Assembly: GCA_046563655.1 (NCBI GenBank)
Contig: CM102283.1
Location: forward strand, 8,370,001 to 8,434,000
Source: Yuukianura sp. NJ FZ-2021
Lineage: Eukaryota
Direction: 5' to 3'
Length of the DNA stretch: 64,000 nucleotides
Numbering within the stretch: the first letter of the stretch is position 1; each line of letters begins with the position of its first letter. Below the pieces are notes generated by a model. It saw nothing but the letters and a program-made list of their open reading frames with translations, was not told where the DNA came from and did not search any database. The translations under genes were made by a program, and so were the position numbers. Shown here piece after piece: positions 52,701 to 64,000 of this stretch.

Positions 52701-55476
52701 CAAAGTTTTTTTTTAGAAAATGGACATTAGTGTTCCATTATTTTGAACTGGGCAAACAATGCCTTCACTCGCCCACTCACTTGCAGCGGGACGCTTAAAA
52801 TCAATGGGTTTCTAAGGCGGGGGATGATTAATGAGAATCTGATTGGAATTCGAGTCTTCTCCAAGGATTATGGGCAAGACACAAATGGATTATGGAACGC
52901 CTTGGATGGATTATGGAACGGCCACGAATGGATTTTTGGCCATGACGACAACATATGCAAAGCCTTTCATCGACTTTGTAAACTTCCAGTGTCGTCCAGA
53001 ATTTCAAAATCTTGAACAGGCTAAATTCAGATTTTTCAAACGGACGCCTCAATTCGAGAAACTGGAATTTTGGTTAAAGGATTCTTCAAAGTTCGCATTT
53101 TTTGAAAAACTGTCCTGAATTCGGGCTGTTCACTATGGAAAAGTTTTCAAAGTTGGAGGAGGCTTCAACTTTTGAAAAACTTTTTCGTTTCAATCACATC
53201 TTTCATCAATTTTCAAAAAGTCTTCCTTGGTTTGAAAAAAGTTAAGATTTGGTGATACTTTTTAAACTTTTTGTGGAAGAAACAAAAATTAAAGAATGGA
53301 AAGATTGATCACCAAACAAAAGTCATTCAATCATTTGAAAGTGACGAAGATGCCTTCGTTCAAAATTTCAGAAAAAAAAGTTTTCCTTCAGTTTTGGAGT
53401 TAAGTCAAAGTTAAATTTAAATTAGTTAAAGTTAGTTCTTGCAAAAGTGGGCAATATTTAACATTGAGAAATCAAAATTCAACGCACTGTGCAAAAATGC
53501 GTCACTGCAATTGTTCGTTCTTGAATTTTAAAATGTTTACTAACCTTATAAACAATTGACTTGTTAATATGACTTTTTATAACAAAAAATTTCAAATCCT
53601 GCAACTTTTTTTTTTATGAAATTTTTCAATTTTTCTAAAAGTGGTGATGATGATGAGTGATGGGATTCCCCTAGTGAGCAATCAGTCTAAAAAAGGCTAA
53701 AGAAATAAAAAAAATGCGAGGTTTGAACATAACCGATTTGAATACCGGGCGTTTTGCGGAGGAAGAAAAATTTCCCGCCTTTTTTGTTTCCTTCCTAGTT
53801 CATTTTTTTGCGTGGAAAGACGTGATTTATGAAGACAAGCTCAAATCTTGCAACTTCACTCTGTTCCTGTTACCTCAACTTGTTTTTTCTCATCTTTTAG
53901 CAGCAAACCATTGGAGAAAAGGAAGACAAAATTGTTGTGAACACGCGCCAGACGCTTCTTTGCATTAATTTTTTTCCAGTGAAAATGAAATAAAGCTTTT
54001 CAAGAAAAGCAGATTTTCTTCACTTCATTTCTCGGACAAAGTTTTCTGTCGTTTGGGTTTAGACTTGTCTTTTTCAGCTGTCAAACACTTTGTCACGGTC
54101 AGTTTTTGAAAAAAGAAACATTCAAATTGAAATGTCCATGCGGACAGTCTAGAAATACCGTAAGCTTCCAACCTGCAATTCCGTGGGGCTGTATCCCATT
54201 TCTACTTCATTTCATTTACACTTTGAATTAAATTTGAAACACCTTTCAAAAAATGTGTAGGTTTTTTTTGGAAAGACTTTTTATTGTTTACGTGGCGTAG
54301 CGTTGAAGCGTAACAGAAACAACAAAGGTGATAGAAAACGAAAATAGTGAAAACAAAAGACAAGGTAAAAAAAAAGGAGTTCATGCATCAAACGTTGCTT
54401 TAAAGCGTTCGTTGCGTTAAAGCGTAAAACCATTACATTGCTTTTACGTCCTTCATGTGTAAAATCCGGAACAACCTAACAGAAACAATGTTAAAAGTTC
54501 ATGTAGATTTGGGTTTGATTTCTTTCAACAGGAAATGACAAACAAAAATATTTGTAAACTTTTTTTTTCTAAAAAGTTTTTAATCGCTCAATTTGTATCC
54601 TAATGCCGTCATTTTCTAAATGTGTTTCACAGATGTGTTTCATTTGGTACTAATTTTGAATGTTACTTTTCACTCAATGCAAAAGTCGTTTTCTCTTTGC
54701 CTCCACTTTCTCCAAAGTTGAAAGTCCAAGGTCAACGAGATCAAGAATTTTCAAGGTCAAAGGCAAAGATTTTCTGTTTTAGATTAAAATTGCATCTTCA
54801 GATCAAGATTCTCTCACAAAAGTGTAAGACATTGATTTCGGTGAAAGTTTGAGGTTTTTTTTAGTACTTTAATGTTGTACAGCTAATCAGCTATGAAAAT
54901 CTTTGTTCAAACTTTGTAACTGCCGCGATTAAAAGCCAAAAGAAGCTTCATCTTCACTTGTGTGTGAGCTGTTCCAGAGGTTTCCTTTTGTTCTAAATTG
55001 AATAAGCGACTTCTTGTGTTCGTTTTTGTTCAAAACTGGAAGGAAGTCTGTACCGTCTTTTGTTATGTGCGCCCTAACTGTCCAATTTTCTCTGGATTTA
55101 ATGCTTTTTGCTGCTTTGCTAAAGTAAAAGATGACTATCAAGTGTAGTACAGAAGCCAGTTTCTGTCTAGAATTCTCTGCAACTAAACCGAACTCTTACA
55201 AAGTCAGCTTTTCCGAAGTAATTTCTTGCGGTTGGAGGAATGTTGGTCGTTGGTCCATTGTGCCTCTCGTGACGGAGGAGAGTCGTTTGCAAAACTAAGG
55301 TCCAGCACCATAGCCTAACATAACGTAAAGGACTCCCTCGAGATGACTTTTTTAATCTTGACTTTCTCTTTTTTCTTCTAACAAAAACTTTTCCGGTTCT
55401 AATTGAATCTTGATTTGGAATTTCGTCAGCAAATTATATCTCACCGCAACAAGTCCTTCACAGCTTTTCCTTTGCC

Positions 55477-55673
55477 GCTACATAGTTACTCCCTCCGACT
55501 AAACAGATACTCCGTCCGGCCAAATAGTTACTCCCTCCAGCTACATAGTTACTCCTTTTGGTTACATAGTTACTCCCTCCAGCTACATAGTTACTCTTTC
55601 GGTTACATAGTTACTCCCTCCAACGTAACACGATCCCAACGTACTACGAAGAAATCCGTAGTTACTCCCTCCA
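55477..55673. repeat. 21-bp minisatellite (~7 copies plus one detached partial copy)
   Basis: Consensus gYtacatagttactccctcca. Units start at 55477, 55498, 55519, 55540, 55561, 55582 (20 bp) and 55602, with a partial copy at ~55659-55673. Confidence 0.92.
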
Positions 55674-58600
55674 ACTCTCTCCAAATTCCCTAACTACCAA
55701 AAAAGTCCAAGTTTACAAAGCAAGATGAAAAAGCAGTGAGCGGGAATGAGTTTCTTTATTATTAAAATTCTTCGAAAATTTGAAATTATTAGCTAAAAAT
55801 TTTAATCATCGTTGACTGTTGAGAGAGTTCATAAAAACTCAAAACTCAGAATGCGAAATAGCTTTTCAAAAAACTATTTCAAACTTTTTGCAAAGTGCTC
55901 AAAAATTAACTGCACAATGAAATAGTTCATGTATGAAAAAGCACTTTACAACAATTTTGGTTGCTACTTAGCATCTTCACAGTAAGTAAAACTTTTGTGT
56001 CCTAAAATGTCAAAATTTTTGAGTTTGAAATTGCTTTTGAATTTTTCTAAGAATTTGTACTTGAGTAGCAGTAGTTGCCCTTAAATTTTTCATTTCTCAT
56101 CTTTGAAATGTTCAAAAATTCAAAATGAAAAAAACAGGCTGATTAAGATCGTACGGTTCGTTGTGTCAATTTCCTCGGTCCGTTGGATATGACTAGAAAA
56201 GTCAAGTGGCGAAAGTGGAGAAAGTCGTCAAATACTGAAGACTTTTCCTTTTGCTTTACAATCCACTAGGGACAGTCACTTCCACTAACAACCTAACCTT
56301 AACATTAGTCTAGTGACTAGGAGAAATGGCTCTAAAGGATTTAATCTAATGGAATAACTTAGCAAAAAAGAAAATGAAAATTCTTCAGCCAAGAGCCTCT
56401 TTTCTACGTCTAAGTTCCCAAAGAAATTTTAATTGTGAACTTTCCTCAAAAGTTCTGCAAAAGCTGCATGCGACCCCCATGGAGAGCCCTTCAGAATAAG
56501 ATGAAAAAATTGAAATAAAGTGACATTTCAAACAGAATACACAATTTTGCAAATGCTTTTTTCGGTTTGTGTCTTTTGTGGAAGAAAACCAAAAAAAGAG
56601 TGAATACGTGCGAGAAAGATATTTTCTCCCAACCGGGTATTTTGTTCCCAAAATCGGTTTTTAGGAAGAACTGAGACTGACAGGAGCGGGAGATTTATGG
56701 TTGAATTTCGATGGATTCCGAAGAAGACTTCAATTAGTTCCTACCATTCATCATTTCTTTTCCTAGTAAATTCTAGTCTCCTACGTTCTAAAAAGTAGTT
56801 ACTACAAATCTCTACTTTATTTCCAAAAAACGAGGTTAAGCTAGGAGCAGAACGACACTGGAACATTTAATTAGGAAACAACATCCATTCTGGTCTAACT
56901 TTCTTTTAGTCCCACTGGAATTGTTAAATCTATTTTACTACTTTTACACACAACACATGAGAAACACACACTTTTTGAAAGTGTGTGTATTTTTAGCTTT
57001 TACAGAGTGAAAGTGTTTTACAACTAAAACCGTCTGTTTTTTTTAGAAGTGACTTAAGATTCGACTGTTTCATAAAAAAAGCAAGTGGCAGGAGCAGTAC
57101 TTTGGCGGAATACGAAATTTCAAAATTTTGAGTTTTCCCACGGCGTCCCAAGTAACTTGTACGCTTCAAGTTTTGAATTAGAACCTAGAGAAAACTGCCT
57201 TAGGCCTGAAAGTTACACATAAATCAAAAAATATATTTTGTTCAAACTCCTACAGATAATCCAGAGGCTTTAGAATTTCCAAAATTTAGTCCAATACACA
57301 TTTACAAAATGGTAGCAATGTATTATAAAAAGTTCAAACTTTTGGAACTTTAAAAAAATGAAATTTTTTCGGTTCAGACAGACAGGCAGACGGACAGACA
57401 GAGGATCTTATAAGGTGTCTTTTTTTTCGTAAAGTAAGGAGCCTTTTGGTCGTGTATGAGTCTTCTAATTATTCCATTTTCTACAGAGCTTCACTCTTTT
57501 GGTGTTTTTGGAAAAAAAAGCGGGCGCGTAGGAGAAAGTATGAACTTTCTCTTTTCATCTTCCTTTGTGTTCTTCCGACAAAACAAACACTTTCAAAAGA
57601 CACCAAAAAACTGGCGCCTCCCAACCATCACGATCACTCTGCACCTCACAACAAAAGAACACCACAATTAAAATATCCATTTACTTTCTCCTTCCTTATA
57701 ATTTGAAAAGACTAACAAAAAAAGAGCGGGGAAATTTAAACTAAGAAAAAAGAGAAATGAGTGGGGAGTGGAGAAAGTGTCCCGGGAGAGGAAGCCTCTC
57801 TGTACATAGCTGAATGCATTGAAGACGGAGGAGGAAAGTTGAAAAGAAAGTCCTTGGAGAGTGACAGCGGGAAATTCAAAAGGAATTTGCGATAGGCCTC
57901 TCCAGAGACACAGAGACACTTCAAGGATTTGAGAAGAAAGCGCTTTCACTTTCAAAAACGAAAGCGCCCTCAAATCCTTAAACAATACCACAAAACATTT
58001 ATTTTCCCACACTCACATTACAAAAGCCCAGCCACCTACAAGCACAATTACGGTATTTATAACTTACTACACAACGCTAAAAGCGTCTGGTTGTCCAGAA
58101 AAGACACTCTTTTCTTAAGTGTCCAGAAAAAAACACGTCAAAAAACTTCTTACGAGCGGAGTAAGAAGCTTTTTGACAATTACAATAATTTTGTTTTTCT
58201 CAAATAAATAAAATAAGTTATTTTAATTACAAACATGAAATAAGTAAAAACAAATCACCAGTTTGTACCAGAGTTAAAACACTTTCCGAAAAGACTTAAC
58301 ATTTCGAGCCATTTAACCCCCACGACATGCACAACTCATTTCGTTTTAAATTGTTTAGGCTATGGGTTAAGCTGGGAAAAGAAAAAAAGTTCATAAACTT
58401 TCAACGCGTAGAAAACGAGTTCTCATTTAAATCTGCTCTTAACTTTCTCTTTTTCCATTTCGAAACGGAAAAGAAACAATTTCCAAACTTTTTTTTTTCA
58501 AACACTTCTAAGAATCTACGTTTTTGAGATCTTCCGAACTACAAGATCTTCTATAAGGAGCATCCATTGATACACTGAAGACGTTTCTTTCGTTAGTAAG

Positions 58601-59258
58601 TTTCCGTGTTCCACTCACAGCAAGATGTCTTTTTCGTTTAATTAAAAGGGGATGATTGGAGATCGTGTCCAACGCAGGAATTTTAGTCCTTAGACGAAAC
58701 AACTTTGTCTCTCGGTGCTAAAGTTTGTAACTGCTGCTGCTCCAGTGCAAATATTGACATTTAATTTGTATTGTTGTTCAAGTAACTATGAGGAAGAAGA
58801 GAAAGCAGAGTTAAGTTGTGGGTCAAACCAAAGGAAAAGGAGAAAGGCCTCTGGCTTGAACTATAAAGACTAAAAAACATTTGCTGGAAATGGGCCGGTC
58901 GTTTGAGGGAAAAGTGTCAAGAGCCGTAGAAATTGTGTTGTGGAAAATATGGGTTTTGCTTTCTCCAGATGCTTTCACTCTATACTTTTTCCAGCTTCCT
59001 TCCAGAAACAGAAACTTTCAAAAAAAGTGGCATTTAGCAAGAAATTTCAGAAAACGAAAAAAAAAATTGTTGCAGCACGGTGCACAACTACTTAGCGGCA
59101 CTTGACACTTTTCCGTCTAAGGGCTAAATGCTTGTGTCAAAAAACCAAGTCAAGTAACGATAATTTAGCAACTTGGAAATGGCGGGAAATAGGTAACAGT
59201 TGCAACTACTAAGCTCAGGAGTGACAAAATTGTTTATGCCACAGCTTAGCAGTACATT

Positions 59259-59342
59259 CAGCACTTTCAGTATAACTTCCAGCACATTCAGTATAACTGT
59301 CAGCACATTCACTATAACTTTCAGCACTTTCAGTACTACGAC
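59259..59342. repeat. 21-bp minisatellite (4 copies)
   Basis: cagcactttcagtataacttc, cagcacattcagtataactgt, cagcacattcactataacttt, cagcactttcagtactacgac. Confidence 0.88.
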
Positions 59343-59887
59343 ATTCAACACATTTTAGTTTTCGTAATAGCCAGTCTAGAATGTAAACTACAAAATTCTA
59401 ATTCTGCACTCCAGAGTCCTTAGGAGCAATTTACTGAATTTCTGAAACGACATAAATATTCATCGTTATAAGTTAACTTACGGCGGGAAATGATGTAGAA
59501 ATAGCCTAATGTTAATAATGTGTACAGCATTTTACCTTAGTAGTTACCAAACGTTGAATTTGTTTGTGGAGTAGTCAAAGTATAGTCCTGACTGGGGAAT
59601 GTTTTTCTTTTCATTTGAAAGAGAGTACTGAGAGAAAGTAGAAAACTCTAGAACCACTTCAGTTGAAAGGAAAGAATGAAAGGCAAATAGTTTCAGAAAA
59701 AAAAGTTCCCAGAGAAGAGCTCTTTATAAACAAGAAAAAGGAAATGCCCAATAATAATAAAAAGTAAAGAGGGAGAGTCCTCGACAAGAGAAAAAGAAGG
59801 TTCAATGAATCTGAAATCAAACGTTTGGAATTCTCTTGAAACAGTTCAAACATTGGCGGGACTCTTGACATTTCGTTGGTCCAATAA

Positions 59888-61729
<1,842 letters not shown>

Positions 61730-61976
61730 TTTTACTACCAAACTGACGTTAATTTTTCGAAATAAATACAAAACCAATTTGCAGAAAAACGAAACAATTA
61801 CTTACGGTTTTCGTTTTTATTTATAAAGTTTCAAAAATAAAATACATTTTTTTTTTACATCTTTTTATAAAAATTTGAAGCACAAAACTCCCGCCATTTC
61901 TTTCACTGCATTTTGCATTGAGATCTTTAATAGTTTTTCAAACAATAAGATCAACGCTAGTAAATTATATTACTGG

Positions 61977-64000
61977 TTACAGTTCATTAGTTACTCTAAC
62001 TTCGTCAGTAGTGATGTAGCTGCATCGAGCCATTTGCTCCATGTTACCTTTGATTTGAGACAACAACACGAGGAAATCCAGGAACATCTGAAATAGACAA
62101 TACAGCATGTAAGATCATTTTCCATCAGAACTGGAATAACATTGTTTCCTTACAAATTTAAACCAGTCAATATCTGCATCTAGGGCTTGTTTCACACTCA
62201 GAGCATCGAACTTCGTCTCAGGCGGAAACTCCTTCTGCATCATCTCCAAACGAAAGTGAATCGTTATTAAAACGTGGTAGGGTAGATGGTGAAGAGAGTG
62301 AAAACTCTTCAGGAAGGCAGTACAAGTATGGCAAAACTGGAAAGCCTAAAATACATTCACAAAAATAAGACTACGGTTAAAAGAGAAAACGGGATTGTTT
62401 TCTGATTGTTAGTACCGGATCTGGTTTGTTTTCGTCTTCGGGATTTCCATCACAATTCGGCATCAGTCTTGCAGGATCATAAGGAATTCCATCGAAGGTA
62501 GCCAATTTCGTTGGAGAATGCAACGGAACAAGTGTATCACCACAACCATTGCCTAAATCAAAAATAACAACACTGAAATATGTTGTTGAAACTTCCAAAA
62601 TAAAAAGAATGCTTACAAAATTGTAAAATGCTTCGTAACTTACAATTCCGCTCCTTATCAATGTTCTTCGCAGAGTATGTCAACTTCGGGAATTTTAAAA
62701 AAGGGGCCTAAAACGGCGAGAATCGATTAGTTAGCAAACTTTAGAAAGTGCATCAAAAAACTTAGATCTTATACAAGAACTGCTCCGGAAGACCATCTTG
62801 GAGAGGCCATGAATTCCTGACATATGCTTTTGGTTCTTGACAAAATTTCACTCCATCCAGTTCTAAGTTGGAAGGCTTCTACAAATTAAAAAAAAAACAT
62901 TTTAAAAAAAACTTTGGAACTCAAACATGGATAAAGTGAGAGATTAACCAACCTGCCGAAATTTGTTGAGGGTCAAGGTCACTATTGATAACTTTGTCCA
63001 AGAACTTAGGATCCATGGCATTGCAGATGAGTGTCCGGACAAAGTTGTAGTAAGCCTCTTTCAACGAACTTTCATTTTTTAGTATGAACGGAATATGGCT
63101 GAAAGACACAAAAAAATATGCACAACTCAAAACTACTCGGCATTCCGAAAAAATTTTGATATAAAAAGCTTACGGGAGGATCCGGTCGTCACGATACAAT
63201 TTAGCAACAGAAATCTCCGGTGAATGGCAAATCTTCTCCACATAAACTGGCAGAAAATTCTTAAAAATCTCCCTCAGATTTTTGTCCAAAACGATTTTCT
63301 GAAAACAATTCCATTGTTTTAAAAAAGTTCACATATTATTTCATATTTCTCAATTACTTCTGCTCCGTATTCCCTGATTTCTTCACCAGATTTTTCAATG
63401 TAATTCGACACATGAAAGTATCTGTTTGAATTTTTCTTTGTATAAGGGTCATATGCCTTCAATGTGACTTTGAGGCCATTTGACTCAATCACTTTCCAGA
63501 TCCTCAAGTCAGTTGTTCTGGTCATGTCAGAACGCTTCATAACGAAATTTCCTTCCTAAAATTATCAATTACTCAATTAATTAATGAGCCACGATTACTT
63601 TCAACGATTATGATCAACAATCTTTTCTTGGTAAGAATTTCTTACTTGAAAAATATACTCCAGTTCATCCTCTGTGAAGGTCCATCGGAACTTCGGATTT
63701 TCGACCACTTTGTACGCCGGGTTTTGTGTTGTCGGTCCACGGTTTGGGGCAGTATCGCCAGTATTTATCGGTGCTGCTACTGCAGCCACAAAACGTTTGT
63801 GTGATGCTGGTACCGGTGCGGCGTACTTGACAGTTCGGCGACTAATTCGTCTTCCAGAAGCTCTTGGGTTGATTTCAGCTGAATCACTTTGACTTTCGGT
63901 TGTGGACAGTCTTCGTTCTGATGCTGCTGTATTCAGTTCTTCTGATCGACTGGATGCTTGGGAAGTAGAATCTTCATTTTCTAGTACTGGCGGATTGACT
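61977..64000 (-). CDS. QSER1/PRR12-like protein with C-terminal DUF4211-type domain; 5' partial at window edge
   Basis: Spliced exons give ..EGNFVMKRSDM..LRIWKV..LKEAYYNFVRTLICNAMDPKFLDKVI..SPRWSS..KFPKL..CNGC..FDGIPYDPARL..FQFCHTCTAFLKSFHSLHHLPYH..ALDADIDWFKFMFLDF..NEL* (TAA 61979-61977). The CxxC..G.PY..F..C..C..YH.L.H..Y pattern is the DUF4211 signature as I recall it. Confidence 0.7.

Noticed and set aside
55477-55673. Repeat array superficially resembling a CRISPR
   Set aside because: The units are head-to-tail with no unique spacers, there are no cas genes, and the context is eukaryotic. It is a minisatellite.
33181-59351. Numerous 60-130 aa ORFs in the gene-poor block outside the 5-HT7 exons
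   Set aside because: They have F/K/L-rich composition reflecting A/T tracts, no recognisable motifs and no coherent exon chains.

Overview
This is eukaryotic (animal, probably arthropod/protostome) genomic DNA with short GT-AG introns, so the ORF track shows exon fragments. Ten spliced genes were reconstructed by eye. In order: an SLC4 bicarbonate transporter (-, runs off the left edge), IFT172 (-), a MICAL-like protein apparently lacking its LIM domain (-), NHP2 (-), an RBM33-like proline-rich protein with no RRM (+), SMG8 (-), an IRS/chico insulin receptor substrate (+), a secreted Ser/Thr/Pro-rich orphan protein (-), a 5-HT7-type serotonin receptor in a ~27 kb gene-poor block (-, with a 100-N assembly gap in its first coding exon), and RNF113A/Cwc24 (-). 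An eleventh, the 3' part of a QSER1/PRR12-like DUF4211 protein (-), runs off the right edge. Non-coding content includes a young 696-bp foldback MITE (86-bp perfect TIRs, 8-bp TSD), three copies of a ~240-bp P-element-like MITE, and several minisatellites. The most interesting signals are a hidden 47-codon basic exon/sORF in RNF113A intron 1 that can splice in frame, strongly ~10-bp-phased A/T tracts (PATC-like) in the introns of some genes but not others, and the domain losses in the MICAL-like and RBM33-like proteins. No CRISPR array, tRNA or rRNA was seen. I cannot claim a proven novel system. Family assignments rest on recalled motifs, not database searches.
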